From an uncultured Neomegalonema sp. (GTDB taxonomy: Bacteria; Pseudomonadota; Alphaproteobacteria; Rhodobacterales; Rhodobacteraceae): a stretch of 64,000 nt of DNA. The notes under the pieces are model-generated. The model saw only the letters and a list, made by a program, of their open reading frames with translations. It made no database searches and was not told where the DNA came from. The stretch covers positions 2,967-66,966 of the forward strand of contig CALJIU010000115.1 in assembly GCA_937974055.1 (NCBI GenBank), written 5' to 3'. Shown piece by piece: positions 18,467 to 29,022 of this stretch. Made by a program: the position numbers and the translations under genes. Numbering within the stretch: position 1 is the stretch's first letter; each line of letters opens with the position of its first letter.

Positions 18467-19128
18467 TCCGCTTGATCCCAGTCCTCGCTCTGCTAGTCGG
18501 CTGCGATACCATCGACCCAACGCTGACCAACGACACCGATAAACTGATGCAGGGCATCTACCTGCTCGCCTTCCTCGCACTGGTCCTATTCGGAATGGGC
18601 CGCTCGATCTCCGTCGGCAAAACCCTGAAATACCTTGCGATCTGGGCAATCCTGCTCATCGCCCTCGTCTACGCCTACAGCTTCCGTACCGAACTGAACA
18701 CCGCCTACATGCGTGTAAAGGGCGAGTTGTTCCCCACTCTCGCCCAATCCAACGGCAATGGCGAAGTCACCATTCGCCGCGATATCGACGGTCATTTCTC
18801 GGTGCGGATCTACGTGAACGGCACTTCCGAAACCTTCCTCATCGACACCGGCGCATCCAGCGTGGTTTTGCCCTACCGCGTCGCCGACCGCCTCGGCTAC
18901 GACCCCGCCAACCTGCCCTTTATCCTTCAGGTCGGTACCGCAAATGGGCAGGCCGTCGCCGCCCCCATCACCATTGCCCGCATGGAAATCGAAGGCATCG
19001 TCATTCGCGATGTCTCGGCAATGGTGGTCGAACAGAACAAACTCAGCCAGCCGCTCTTGGGCATGAGCTTTCTGAACCGCCTCTACGGGTTCAGCGTCAG
19101 CGGCAACACGATGACCCTCACGCAGTAA
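18463..19128 (+). CDS. Membrane-anchored retropepsin-like aspartic protease (TIGR02281-type)
   Basis: ATG 18463 overlaps the DUF1289 stop. TM segments are followed by the FLIDTGASSVVLP active-site motif. Confidence 0.75.
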   Translation: MIRLIPVLALLVGCDTIDPTLTNDTDKLMQGIYLLAFLALVLFGMGRSISVGKTLKYLAIWAILLIALVYAYSFRTELNTAYMRVKGELFPTLAQSNGNGEVTIRRDIDGHFSVRIYVNGTSETFLIDTGASSVVLPYRVADRLGYDPANLPFILQVGTANGQAVAAPITIARMEIEGIVIRDVSAMVVEQNKLSQPLLGMSFLNRLYGFSVSGNTMTLTQ

Positions 19129-19912
19129 GCCACCGCACCGGATCACCGCCAAACGCATCAGGCCTGAAATACGTAACCATACGCGGCTCCACCCGCTCCG
19201 ACGCCCAAGGCGCAACACCGTGCAGCGCCAAGGGATGCATGACGTAAGCACACCCCACCCCCGGCGCAATCGGCACCGGCTCGCAAGTATCGAAGCACGC
19301 CCGCCGCGCCGCGACATACGCATCCGTCACATCCACATCGCGCCAATCCGCCGGATCGACCCCATCGAGCGCAGACCGAAACGCCGCCCGCATCACCTCA
19401 TGCGACCCACGCCAAACGACGAACGCCCCCTCATCCACCCCGGCATCGCCAAGCGGCAAACCGAGCAGAAAGCTATGCGTCTCCGACAGCTTCCGACGCC
19501 GATCCGGCATCATCCGCTCCAGCCCGTCGACATGGGCGGCCAGACGGTCCCGCCGAAACCGGAAACTCGCCTCCGTATCCTCGTCGCCGTGGCGCGGATA
19601 CCCCGGAAAAACGACCGATACCTGCCCCCGGTCCCACTCGAACGCGCCCAGACCCAGCGCCTTACGAGCGAACGCCACCGCCACACCCGATAGCGGCGGC
19701 ACACGGTCCGCGACCGCACCCCGCCCATCATTCGACAGCGCATTGACCCCCGCAAACCACGTTTCATCGCAGCGGTACCAATGCGCCAGAGCCGGATCGT
19801 TCAGCACCCCCCGCGCAACCGGCGCACAGGCCCGCACCCACGTCTCCACCGCCGGATCATGCCCAAAAACGGTCCATCCATCCTCCCGGTATTCGCGCAG
19901 ATGGTCAGGCAT
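19118..19912 (-). CDS. Hypothetical protein, possibly a PhyH-like Fe(II)/2OG oxygenase fold
   Basis: H-x-D (AAHVDG) and a distal H (LALHGVAP) are spaced as in PhyH-like proteins. Start taken at ATG 19912, an 8-nt overlap with dusA; an alternative start is at 19936. Confidence 0.45.
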   Translation of the reverse strand: MPDHLREYREDGWTVFGHDPAVETWVRACAPVARGVLNDPALAHWYRCDETWFAGVNALSNDGRGAVADRVPPLSGVAVAFARKALGLGAFEWDRGQVSVVFPGYPRHGDEDTEASFRFRRDRLAAHVDGLERMMPDRRRKLSETHSFLLGLPLGDAGVDEGAFVVWRGSHEVMRAAFRSALDGVDPADWRDVDVTDAYVAARRACFDTCEPVPIAPGVGCAYVMHPLALHGVAPWASERVEPRMVTYFRPDAFGGDPVRWLTA

Positions 19913-20906
19913 GAACGGGGCGTCGCGACATGGCATCGAATGCCTCGATCAACGTATGCGGCCCCGCTTCGGGCAAGTGCATCGTCTCAGATAGCGTCCG
20001 CCGCCAGATCTTCGCGCCCGGCTGCCCGCCAAACATGCCCAGCATATGCCGCCCAATCGCCTTTACCGGCGCATCCGACCGCGCCGCATACTCGGCCATA
20101 TTCTCGATCACTGCCCGTGCATCCACCGCACGGGGCGGCGCACCGAACACCCGCTCATCGACCCCCGCCAGCACCCGCACCGGATCGTGATACGCGGCCC
20201 GGCCCAGCATCACGCCCTCGAACCCGTCATCCAGATGCCCAACCGCCGCGTCCAGCGCGTCGATACCCCCATTTAGCGAGATATGCAGCGCCGGATTCTC
20301 CGCCCTGATCTCATGCACGAGCGCGTAATCCAGCGGCGGAATCGTCCGGTTTTCCTTGGGCGACAACCCTTGCAGCCACGCCATCCGCGCATGAACCGTA
20401 AACCGCTCGACCCCGGCACCCGCGACCGTGGCGATAAAATCGCGCAGCGCGACCGCAGGCACCTGATCGTCCACCCCGATTCGGCATTTCACCGTAATCT
20501 CCGGCCCACCTTCCGCCCGCGAGGCCCGCCCCATCGCCTCGACGCAGGCGGCGACCAGCGCAGGCTCGCGCATCAGGCACGCGCCGAACGACCCGTTCTG
20601 CACCCGATCCGACGGACAGCCGACATTGAGGTTGATCTCGTCATACCCAAAACCACAGGCGATCCGCACCGCCTCGGCCAGTTGCGCCGGGTCCGATCCG
20701 CCCAACTGCAACGCCAGCGGATGCTCCTCCACCGAAAAACCCAGCAGCCGCTCCCGATCCCCATGGATCACCGCCGGGGCCGTCACCATTTCGGTATAGA
20801 GCAATGCGCGCCGCGTAAGCTGCCGGTGGAACACGCGACAATGCCGCGTCGTCCACTCCATCATAGGCGCAACCGAAAACCGCGCGGCCTCGCGCACCAC
20901 GCTCAT
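19905..20906 (-). CDS. dusA: tRNA-dihydrouridine synthase A
   Basis: FSVAPMMEWTTRHCRVF...EINLNVGCPSDRVQNG motifs. Confidence 0.85.
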   Translation of the reverse strand: MSVVREAARFSVAPMMEWTTRHCRVFHRQLTRRALLYTEMVTAPAVIHGDRERLLGFSVEEHPLALQLGGSDPAQLAEAVRIACGFGYDEINLNVGCPSDRVQNGSFGACLMREPALVAACVEAMGRASRAEGGPEITVKCRIGVDDQVPAVALRDFIATVAGAGVERFTVHARMAWLQGLSPKENRTIPPLDYALVHEIRAENPALHISLNGGIDALDAAVGHLDDGFEGVMLGRAAYHDPVRVLAGVDERVFGAPPRAVDARAVIENMAEYAARSDAPVKAIGRHMLGMFGGQPGAKIWRRTLSETMHLPEAGPHTLIEAFDAMSRRPVHA

Positions 20907-21298
20907 TGCGCGCAGCGCAGGCGTCCCTGCACCGAATCCGCCACCGCTTCCTTCAGGTCGGGCGTCACGCCCGACCCGCCAAGGCCAAGCGCGCTAGACT
21001 TGCTGACCGACGCCACCATCACCCGCAAGAACGGCTCCGGCGAAGTGTCGCGCAGCGCAAATCCATGCGGCTCACCGATCCGCCGGAAACCGGGATGACA
21101 CTGCGCGGCATAGCGTTCAGCCCCCGCAATCGCCATCGACACATCCACATCGGGAAAGATCAGCGCCTCAGTCCCCTGCAATTCGCCAAGCGCGACCGGC
21201 GTAATCGATTGCGCCGGCACCGTCGAAACCGGCTCGACACCCGCGCCCGCCGCACAAGCCGAAACCGACAGCGCGGCGACCAGCACCAGCGCCCTCAT
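20903..21298 (-). CDS. Hypothetical lipoprotein
   Basis: Signal peptide with lipobox VSAC. 4-nt overlaps with both neighbouring genes. Confidence 0.55.
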   Translation of the reverse strand: MRALVLVAALSVSACAAGAGVEPVSTVPAQSITPVALGELQGTEALIFPDVDVSMAIAGAERYAAQCHPGFRRIGEPHGFALRDTSPEPFLRVMVASVSKSSALGLGGSGVTPDLKEAVADSVQGRLRCAQ

Positions 21299-21966
21299 GC
21301 CGCCACCAACGTATCGACCAGCCCCCGGAACATCGCTTTTCCATCGGTGCCCAGCACCTGCGCATCCGCCGCCCGCTCTGGATGGGGCATCATCCCCAGA
21401 ACCCGGCGGTTCTCCGACAGGACACCGGCGATATCGTTCATCGACCCGTTCACCGCATCCAAATAGCGAAACGCCACCCGCTGCTCATCGTCCAGCCGCT
21501 TCAACGTCTCAGGATCGGCGACATAACATCCATCATGGTGCGCTACCGGAAACACAACCTCCTGCCCCGCCTCATACCCGCGCGTAAAGGCGCTCTGCGC
21601 CTCCTCCACCCGCAGCGGCACGTCTCGGCACACGAATTTCAGCGTCGCATTGCGCATCAGCACACCGGGCAGCAGCCCGCTCTCGATCAACACCTGAAAC
21701 CCGTTGCAAATGCCCAAGACATGCCCGCCCCGCCCGGCGAACGCCGCGACTTCGCGCATGATAGGCGACTGCGCGGCAATCGCCCCACAGCGCAGGTAAT
21801 CCCCGAACGAGAACCCCCCCGGCACCCCTATCAAATCCAACCCTTCGGGCAGGACACTGTCCTTGTGCCAGACCATATGCGGCTCGCTGCCCGTCGCCTC
21901 GCGCAGCGCAACCGCAAGGTCACGGTCGCAGTTTGAGCCGGGAAAAACGATCACTGCCGTTTTCAT
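21295..21966 (-). CDS. purQ: Phosphoribosylformylglycinamidine synthase, glutaminase subunit
   Basis: [16 protein letters not shown]..., GICNGFQ catalytic Cys and MMPHPER. Confidence 0.9.
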   Translation of the reverse strand: MKTAVIVFPGSNCDRDLAVALREATGSEPHMVWHKDSVLPEGLDLIGVPGGFSFGDYLRCGAIAAQSPIMREVAAFAGRGGHVLGICNGFQVLIESGLLPGVLMRNATLKFVCRDVPLRVEEAQSAFTRGYEAGQEVVFPVAHHDGCYVADPETLKRLDDEQRVAFRYLDAVNGSMNDIAGVLSENRRVLGMMPHPERAADAQVLGTDGKAMFRGLVDTLVAA

Positions 21967-21985
21967 CGCTGTCGTTCCTCGTAAC

Positions 21986-22225
21986 TCAGTCGAGTTCGAC
22001 CGAATAATCCTCGATCACGGTATTCGCCAGCAACCGCTTGCACATCGCATCGAGCTGCTCCGCCGCTTCGTCCCGCGACGCATCCGCCATCTCGATCTCG
22101 AACACCTTGCCCTGCCGCACGCCGGTCACGCCGTCAAAGCCCATCCCGTCGAGGGCAGACCCGATGGCCGCCCCCTGCGGATCAAGAACACCGGATTTCA
22201 GGGTCACGAAAACACGCGCCTTCAT
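21986..22225 (-). CDS. purS: Phosphoribosylformylglycinamidine synthase subunit PurS
   Basis: [18 protein letters not shown]... Sits between purC and purQ. Confidence 0.85.
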   Translation of the reverse strand: MKARVFVTLKSGVLDPQGAAIGSALDGMGFDGVTGVRQGKVFEIEMADASRDEAAEQLDAMCKRLLANTVIEDYSVELD

Positions 22226-22236
22226 GGCTTTCCCTT

Positions 22237-23001
22237 TCAATGGACCAGCTTCGGTCCGCCCGACCGCACGACACTCTTTTCGGGCATCACGCCGAGGCGG
22301 GTGGCCACTTCGGTATACCCTTCCATCAGGTCGCCCAAATCGCGGCGGAAGACATCCTTGTCGAATTTCTTACCGGATTTCACATCCCACAAACGGCACG
22401 AATCCGGGCTAATTTCATCGGCAACGATCACACGGGGGATATCGCCCTCGTAGACATGACCGCACTCGATCTTGAAATCGACCAGCTTGATCCCGACGCC
22501 AAGGAACAGCCCACTCAGAAAGTCATTCACCCGCAACGCCAGCGCAACCATATCGTCCAGATCCTGCGCACTCGCCCAGTTGAACGCCGCGATATGCTCC
22601 TCGGCAACCATCGGGTCGCCCAGCTTATCGTCCTTGAAGTAATATTCGACGATGGGTCGCGGCAATGCCGTTCCCTCTTCCAGTCCAAATCGCTTGGCGA
22701 TGCTACCGGCGGCCACATTGCGCACGACCACTTCCAGCGGGATAATCTCGACTTCGCGGATCAATTGCTCGCGCATATTCATCCGGCGGATGAAATGCGT
22801 GGGCACGCCGACGCTATTGAGATGCGTCATCACGAATTCAGAGATAAAGTTGTTGAGGACACCCTTGCCCTCGATGATCGCGTGCTTCTCGGCATTGAAG
22901 GCGGTCGCATCATCCTTGAAGTGCTGAACGAGTGTACCCGGTTCTGGCCCGGCATAAATCGTCTTGGCTTTACCTTCGTAGACCAACCGCCGACGGCTCA
23001 T
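22237..23001 (-). CDS. purC: SAICAR synthase
   Basis: YEGKAKTIY...[10 protein letters not shown]...[12 protein letters not shown] motifs. Confidence 0.9.
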   Translation of the reverse strand: MSRRRLVYEGKAKTIYAGPEPGTLVQHFKDDATAFNAEKHAIIEGKGVLNNFISEFVMTHLNSVGVPTHFIRRMNMREQLIREVEIIPLEVVVRNVAAGSIAKRFGLEEGTALPRPIVEYYFKDDKLGDPMVAEEHIAAFNWASAQDLDDMVALALRVNDFLSGLFLGVGIKLVDFKIECGHVYEGDIPRVIVADEISPDSCRLWDVKSGKKFDKDVFRRDLGDLMEGYTEVATRLGVMPEKSVVRSGGPKLVH

Positions 23002-23238
23002 CGCCTATACTCCGATCTGAGACCGCGCCACGCACGGATACCGGCATGTGATTACACGCCTTGCATTCTGTGGCGTGTGTATAGGCAGTTGGCCGGATGC
23101 CCGCAAGCGGTTTACCCTGCACCCCAAAGATGTACGAACAACATTTTTGACAGCCCAAGGTGGATTTAACATTCCGAAACGCATTTGAGGTATCAATTTA
23201 GATCGGCGGTGGAATCTTTGGCTTGGAGGGCATTATCG

Positions 23239-23391
23239 ATGGAAAAAGTTTGTGCAGTCGTTGTTTTTCTGGCCGTGTACCAGCTTGCCGGTATGCTCCA
23301 CTACCACGAAGGTCCGGTTCTGAAGCAGCATCAGGTAAACGGTGGCTGCAACACGATCTCCCAAGCCATCGGCTGGGGCCGGATGTGCTGA
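23239..23391 (+). CDS. Candidate 50-aa hydrophobic peptide in the purC-miaA spacer
   Basis: GGAGGG lies 8 nt before ATG 23239. The hydrophobic N-terminus is MEKVCAVVVFLAVYQLAGML. Codon third positions are much less G/C-biased than in neighbouring genes. No homology recognised. Confidence 0.3.
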   Translation: MEKVCAVVVFLAVYQLAGMLHYHEGPVLKQHQVNGGCNTISQAIGWGRMC

Positions 23392-23442
23392 CGCATCACG
23401 GCTGACGGTTTCTGTGCGGCCCTTCCTGCGCTACAACACGGT

Positions 23443-24375
23443 ATGGCCCTTATCGAACGTCCCATTCTGCTCGCCGGACCGACCGCATCGGGAAAGTCCA
23501 ACCTAGCACTCGCGCTCGCCCAAACGCTGGGTGGATGGGTCGTGAACGCCGATTCGATGCAGGTCTACGCAGGCTGGCGTCTGCTCACCGCCCGCCCCTC
23601 GCCAGAGGATGAAGCGCGGGCGCCACATCACCTATACGGTCACGTCGATCCGGCATCGCGCTACTCGGTCGGGCATTGGTTGCGCGATATCGAAGCGATG
23701 CTCACGACAGCCCGCACCGAAGGGGCCGTTCCGATCATCGTCGGTGGATCGGGTTTGAATTTCAAAGCATTGACCCACGGGTTGTCACAAACACCCCCCG
23801 TCGATGCCGCCATACGCAACGCAACGAACGAATTACTCGACGAAATCGGCCCACAAGCAATGCGTCAACGGCTGATCGAACGCGATCCCACCGCCGAATC
23901 CCTCGATATCGTCAATCCAAGGCGTATCGTGCGCGCATGGGAAGTATTGGAACAAACCGGGCGCTCGTTGACCGCGTGGAATGCCGAAACACCGCCGCCG
24001 CTGCTTCCCCACACCGCGATCCACACCCTCGCCATAGACGCCGACCGGGACGTGCTGGTCGATCGTATCGACCGGCGGTTCGACTCGATGATCGAGGATG
24101 GCGCGATGGCCGAAATCGACGCGATGGCGGCGCGCAGCCTCGACCCCGACCTCCCCGCCATGAAAGCCGTCGGCGCACCCCCGTTATTCGAGTATCGCGC
24201 CGGTCGCTTATCGCAAGAACAGGCAATCACACAGGCCAAGATCGACAGCCGCCGCTACGCCAAACGACAACGCACGTGGCTACGCAACCAAATGCCCGAC
24301 TGGCCGCGCATCGCGATGGGGGCATCGGCAGAAGACGCCCTCGAAATAATCGCTCAGACGTCGTGCAATTCGTAA
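23443..24375 (+). CDS. miaA: tRNA dimethylallyltransferase
   Basis: LAGPTASGKS P-loop, NADSMQVY and IVGGSGLNFKAL. Confidence 0.9.
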   Translation: MALIERPILLAGPTASGKSNLALALAQTLGGWVVNADSMQVYAGWRLLTARPSPEDEARAPHHLYGHVDPASRYSVGHWLRDIEAMLTTARTEGAVPIIVGGSGLNFKALTHGLSQTPPVDAAIRNATNELLDEIGPQAMRQRLIERDPTAESLDIVNPRRIVRAWEVLEQTGRSLTAWNAETPPPLLPHTAIHTLAIDADRDVLVDRIDRRFDSMIEDGAMAEIDAMAARSLDPDLPAMKAVGAPPLFEYRAGRLSQEQAITQAKIDSRRYAKRQRTWLRNQMPDWPRIAMGASAEDALEIIAQTSCNS

Positions 24376-25658
24376 CCGAACCGCTTGGTAAATCGCTGCG
24401 AATCCGCTTCCGAGATCGAGACGGTGATCGACATGGCCCCATCCTCCATCGCCGTATCGCGCACATCCGCCACATCATAGAGCCACGCCATTGCCGCCCC
24501 ATCGCTCGCGGGCAAATCAATCCGTGCCAGCGTCTCCGCCGCAGCAAGCGTATCTCCGATCAGAGTCAGAAGGGTGTCGATCCCCTGCCCCGAATAGGCC
24601 GAAACGCAAAGCGCATTGTCGCGCCGTGCCGCCTCGTTTTCCCATGCCTGCCGGGCGTCATCATCCAGCAGGTCCATCTTGTTATAGACCTCGATGGCCC
24701 CGTCCAGCATCGCATCCGGCACGCCCAATTCACGCAGTACCGACACCACATCCGCCGCCTGCGCCTCGGTTTCTTCGTTCACCACATCACGCACGTGAAC
24801 GATCAGATCGGCCTCCAGCACCTCTTCGAGCGTAGCCCTGAACGCGGCAATCAACTGCGTCGGCAAATCCGATATGAACCCGACCGTATCCGAGAAAATC
24901 GCCTGCCGCCCATTCGGCATATCCACCGACCGCATCGTCGGATCGAGCGTCGCGAACAGCATGTCCTTGGCCATCACGTCACTGCCGGTAATGCGATTGA
25001 ACAGCGTCGACTTCCCGGCATTCGTATATCCGACAAGTGCTACGATGGGCAGCGGCGCTTTCTTGCGCTTCTTGCGGTGCAGCGTGCGGGTGCGAACCAC
25101 TTTTTCCAGCTTCCGCTCGATCCGCACGAGGCGCTCGTCGATCATCCGCCGGTCAGCCTCGATCTGCGTCTCCCCCGGTCCACCGACGAAGCCCAAGCCC
25201 CCGCGTTGGCGCTCCAGGTGGGTCCAACTGCGCACCAAGCGGCTTTTCTGATAGCTGAGATGCGCGTGCTCGACCTGCAACACGCCTTCTGCCGTCCCGG
25301 CCCGCTCACCAAATATTTCGAGGATCAGCCCGGTCCGGTCCAGAACCTTCGCGGACAGCGCCTTTTCCAGATTGCGCTGCTGCACCGGTGTCAGCGTGCC
25401 ATCGATGATGACCAGCTCCACCTCGCTCTCGCGTACGATTTCCTTCAGATCATCCAGCTTGCCTGTTCCAAACAGGGTCGCCGGACGCGGTTGACGCACC
25501 AATTCGGCGGCGGAGGCGACGATGTCGAGATCGATGAGCGCCTCGGCTAGTCCAACCGCCTCTTCCAGCCGCGCTTCGGGGGAGCGGCTCGCCTGTTTCC
25601 AGTCGGGCAGAATGGGATGAATCACGAAGGTCCGGGTTGCCGCCTCTTCGGTATTCAA
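24354..25658 (-). CDS. hflX: GTPase HflX
   Basis: HflX N-domain plus G-domain ([21 protein letters not shown]). Lies immediately downstream of hfq. Confidence 0.9.
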   Translation of the reverse strand: MNTEEAATRTFVIHPILPDWKQASRSPEARLEEAVGLAEALIDLDIVASAAELVRQPRPATLFGTGKLDDLKEIVRESEVELVIIDGTLTPVQQRNLEKALSAKVLDRTGLILEIFGERAGTAEGVLQVEHAHLSYQKSRLVRSWTHLERQRGGLGFVGGPGETQIEADRRMIDERLVRIERKLEKVVRTRTLHRKKRKKAPLPIVALVGYTNAGKSTLFNRITGSDVMAKDMLFATLDPTMRSVDMPNGRQAIFSDTVGFISDLPTQLIAAFRATLEEVLEADLIVHVRDVVNEETEAQAADVVSVLRELGVPDAMLDGAIEVYNKMDLLDDDARQAWENEAARRDNALCVSAYSGQGIDTLLTLIGDTLAAAETLARIDLPASDGAAMAWLYDVADVRDTAMEDGAMSITVSISEADSQRFTKRFGYELHDV

Positions 25659-25900
25659 GTCGCCGGTGCCTCCTCAGGGTCGTAGAGGGCAATCGGCTGC
25701 GCGGGCATCACGGTGGAAATCGCGTGCTTGTAGACAAGCTGCGATTGTCCGTCCCGGCGCAGCAACACGCAGAAATTATCGAACCATGTGATGACGCCCT
25801 GCAACTTAACTCCGTTGACGAGGAAGATCGTCACCGAAACTTTGTTCTTGCGTACGTGGTTGAGGAAAGCGTCTTGAAGGTTCTGTCTGTCGGAGGCCAT
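25655..25900 (-). CDS. hfq: RNA chaperone Hfq
   Basis: [39 protein letters not shown] Sm motifs. Start at ATG 25900. Confidence 0.95.
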   Translation of the reverse strand: MASDRQNLQDAFLNHVRKNKVSVTIFLVNGVKLQGVITWFDNFCVLLRRDGQSQLVYKHAISTVMPAQPIALYDPEEAPAT

Positions 25901-26043
25901 CGGGTGCCCCTTCGTCATTATTGTTGCATTTGGCCAGACCTTTTCGCTGGCATGATTGAGGCGACCTTACACGAACACCCTCATGCTACAAGCCCGCAAA
26001 AATGATAAGATCCAGTTAGTCCATAATCACCGTAATGCATGGG

Positions 26044-27609
26044 CTATTTGCGCCACGTTCGCGGGCTGAGTAGGGCCACGACGGCAAGGGTTTCCATCCG
26101 CCCAACGATCATCCCAACGCACAAGACCAGCTTCGCCCCGTCCGAAAGCTCGACATACGCATTCAGATTATCGGAAATCATCGGCAATAACGGGCCAGTA
26201 TTGCTCAAGACGCTGACGGATGCGATCAACGCATCGATCATGCCCATACCCGTCGCTGTCAGCGCCAGCGAACTGCCGACGACCGCCAGCACATAAAGCA
26301 TCACGAAGACGAACACGATCCGCATCGCGCTCTGCGTGATTCTGTACTTTCCGCTACGAATGGGGCGAACCTCCGTCGGTCGTGTCAGGCGCGCCAACTC
26401 GTTCAGGCTATGCTTGGCCAGCAACGCGGCCCGGATCAGCTTGACCCCTCCGGCGGTCGATGCGGCACCACCACCCACAATGGCCAGTCCCAGCAGCGCA
26501 ACCCCCGGCGTTCGCAGGCCGCTCCACGCCGTTGCCCCGTCCCAGTCCGCCGACTCGAATCCGCTGGTGGTGATGTACGAGAACGCCATGAACAGCGACC
26601 CCCACAACGCGCTGATCCCCGCACCCAACTCATCCGTCGACCGCGTCTCAATGGCCCCAATCCAATGCCGCATGAACAACAGGGTGACGACCGCCCCCAC
26701 CGCAATCAGCATGTACCGACATTCGGGGTCTTCCAGATACGCCCGCAACCGCCCCCGCAATGCCTGCTGATGAACCGCGACACCGATGGCGGCGGGCACG
26801 ATGGCGCAGATCAGCACCAACTCGATAGCCCAGGAATTATACGCCGCGATTCCCCCCGCATTCACCCGAAAGCCCGTCGTCGAAACCGCCCCAAACGCAT
26901 AGCACAACGCCTCAAAAGCGGGTGCGCCCACCGCCGCCAGTGCCAACATGCACAGCACGATTGCGCCGCCATAAGGAATGGCCAACATCCGCACCGCCCA
27001 AGTCGTCCGCTCCATCGCCTCGCGCCGTTCGATCAGGGCTTCAACAGCGAGGCTACCCCCCGATGATGCCCCTTCACGATCCATAACATCGCGCACCTCG
27101 AACCCACCGATGGACAACGGCGCAAAAATCGACAGCGCCGCGACCAGACAAACAAAACCACCCAGCCCCGCACAGGCAGAACGCCACAGCACGATGGTTT
27201 GCGGCACATCCTCGATATCAAGAATATTCGACGCCCCCGTCGTCGTCAGGGCCGCCGACATCTCGAAATAAGCGTCGATCATCGAAAATTTCGGGATTAA
27301 CTCCGCCAAGGGCACCGCGATAATCAGCGGCCCAACGGTATAGAACGCCACCAGCGCCAACAGGCCAGACCGCCCCGCCGGTATCGGATGCCGCAACAGG
27401 ATTATCCGCAATGCCGACCCGAACAAGCACGCACCCGCAGTGCAGATAGCAAAGACCGAACTCGTTTCCCAGTCATTCACGATGAATGCGTGCAACGCCA
27501 TCAGCGCGAAACCGGCGGCAAAGACGAACAGCGCCGTACTCAACAATTGCTCCGCACCGGCATTGCGCCGAACGATGGGCCGCCAAACCTCGACCTCCCC
27601 CCGGCTCAT
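26044..27609 (-). CDS. trkH: Trk-type potassium uptake protein TrkH
   Basis: 521-aa polytopic membrane protein with repeated TTxG(F/A) selectivity-filter-like motifs. Adjacent to trkA. Confidence 0.85.
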   Translation of the reverse strand: MSRGEVEVWRPIVRRNAGAEQLLSTALFVFAAGFALMALHAFIVNDWETSSVFAICTAGACLFGSALRIILLRHPIPAGRSGLLALVAFYTVGPLIIAVPLAELIPKFSMIDAYFEMSAALTTTGASNILDIEDVPQTIVLWRSACAGLGGFVCLVAALSIFAPLSIGGFEVRDVMDREGASSGGSLAVEALIERREAMERTTWAVRMLAIPYGGAIVLCMLALAAVGAPAFEALCYAFGAVSTTGFRVNAGGIAAYNSWAIELVLICAIVPAAIGVAVHQQALRGRLRAYLEDPECRYMLIAVGAVVTLLFMRHWIGAIETRSTDELGAGISALWGSLFMAFSYITTSGFESADWDGATAWSGLRTPGVALLGLAIVGGGAASTAGGVKLIRAALLAKHSLNELARLTRPTEVRPIRSGKYRITQSAMRIVFVFVMLYVLAVVGSSLALTATGMGMIDALIASVSVLSNTGPLLPMISDNLNAYVELSDGAKLVLCVGMIVGRMETLAVVALLSPRTWRK

Positions 27610-27619
27610 CGCATCGCCC

Positions 27620-28999
27620 TCACTGGAAGTAATCCACGCTCACGCGGAACAGCTTTTCGACCTCCTGCACCGCATTCTTCAACGCGAAAATCACGACACT
27701 ATCGCCATCTTTCAGCACGTCGCGACCGTCCGGCACCCGAATTTCGTTATTCGACAGGATCGCCCCCACCATCACACCGGGGGGCAGCGCGACCGAGGCC
27801 AACGGTGCACCGGCCAGCGACGACGTCGCCAGAATCTGCGCCTCGATCACCTCCGCCGCACCATCACGAACGCTGTGCAGCGCCCGAATACGGCCCCGGC
27901 GCACATGGCGTAGAATCGATGATACCGTCGTTGCACGCGGATTGATGAAAGCATCCAGCCCCAGCGGCGACACCAATCGCATGAGGTTCTGATTGTTGAT
28001 CAGCGCCATCGCGCTCGTCGTCCCCTCCTCCTTGGCCAGAACCCCGGCCAGCAGGTTGGATTTGTCGTCATCGGTCAGCGCAATGATCATCTCCGCATCG
28101 GCAACATTCGCCTCGGCCAACAATGCGGCATCCAAGACATCGCCGTTCAGAACGATGGTCCGGTCGAGGCGCTCGGCAACGTATTCTGCCCGCGCACGAT
28201 CCCGCTCGATCAGCTTGGTCTTGATCCGGCGTTCCTGCTTTTCGAGGGCAAGGGCCACGTTCAGCCCGACATTGCCGCCACCCGCAATGATGATCCGACG
28301 CGCAACCTCCTCTTCGTGACCGAACAGCGCCAATGTCCGGCCCACATGCTCCTCGCTCGCGATAATGAACACATTGTCATCCGGCAAAAGCTGGTCATCG
28401 CCACTAGGGGTGTAGAGCTTGCCATTCCGCTCGAACCCCACGACCTTGGCCGCCACATCGGGAAACAGCTGCGTCAACTGCCGTAGTGGCGTGTGCAGCA
28501 AAGGGCAATCTATCCCCAACCGCGTGCCAATCATCCGCACCCGTCCATTGAGGAACGGCGTCGATTCAAACGCGCCCGGTGCACTCAGACGCCGTAACAC
28601 CGACCGCGCGACTTCCACCTCCGGCGAGATGATGACGTCGATGGGCATGTGATTGCGCTGGAACATGTCGCTCCATTGCGGTTCCAGATACGCTTGCGCC
28701 CGCACACGGGCGATCTTTCGCGGGATCGAAAACACGGTATGCGCCACCTGACACGCCACCATGTTGACCTCGTCCGAATACGTGACCGCGATTAGCATAT
28801 CCGCATCCCGCGCACCCGCTTCACCCAGCACATCGGGGCGCGAGGCATAGCCGGTGACACCCCCCACATCGAGAGTATCCGTCACCTTGCGGACCAACGC
28901 TTCGGATTGATCGACGATCACGACGTCGTTGTTCTCAGTCGCGAGCTGACGCGCAATATTGAAGCCGACCTGACCGGCCCCGCACACGATGACTTTCAT
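27620..28999 (-). CDS. trkA: Trk system NAD-binding protein TrkA
   Basis: MKVIVCGAGQVG and a second IIAGGGNVG Rossmann motif. 459 aa. Confidence 0.9.
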   Translation of the reverse strand: MKVIVCGAGQVGFNIARQLATENNDVVIVDQSEALVRKVTDTLDVGGVTGYASRPDVLGEAGARDADMLIAVTYSDEVNMVACQVAHTVFSIPRKIARVRAQAYLEPQWSDMFQRNHMPIDVIISPEVEVARSVLRRLSAPGAFESTPFLNGRVRMIGTRLGIDCPLLHTPLRQLTQLFPDVAAKVVGFERNGKLYTPSGDDQLLPDDNVFIIASEEHVGRTLALFGHEEEVARRIIIAGGGNVGLNVALALEKQERRIKTKLIERDRARAEYVAERLDRTIVLNGDVLDAALLAEANVADAEMIIALTDDDKSNLLAGVLAKEEGTTSAMALINNQNLMRLVSPLGLDAFINPRATTVSSILRHVRRGRIRALHSVRDGAAEVIEAQILATSSLAGAPLASVALPPGVMVGAILSNNEIRVPDGRDVLKDGDSVVIFALKNAVQEVEKLFRVSVDYFQ

Positions 29000-29022
29000 C
29001 TAGGCACTCTCACAACCCGACC

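Noticed and set aside
23676-25550. 624-aa plus-strand ORF
   Set aside because: It is antisense to hflX, and its Arg/Pro/His-rich translation has no motifs. The hflX call on the minus strand is unambiguous.
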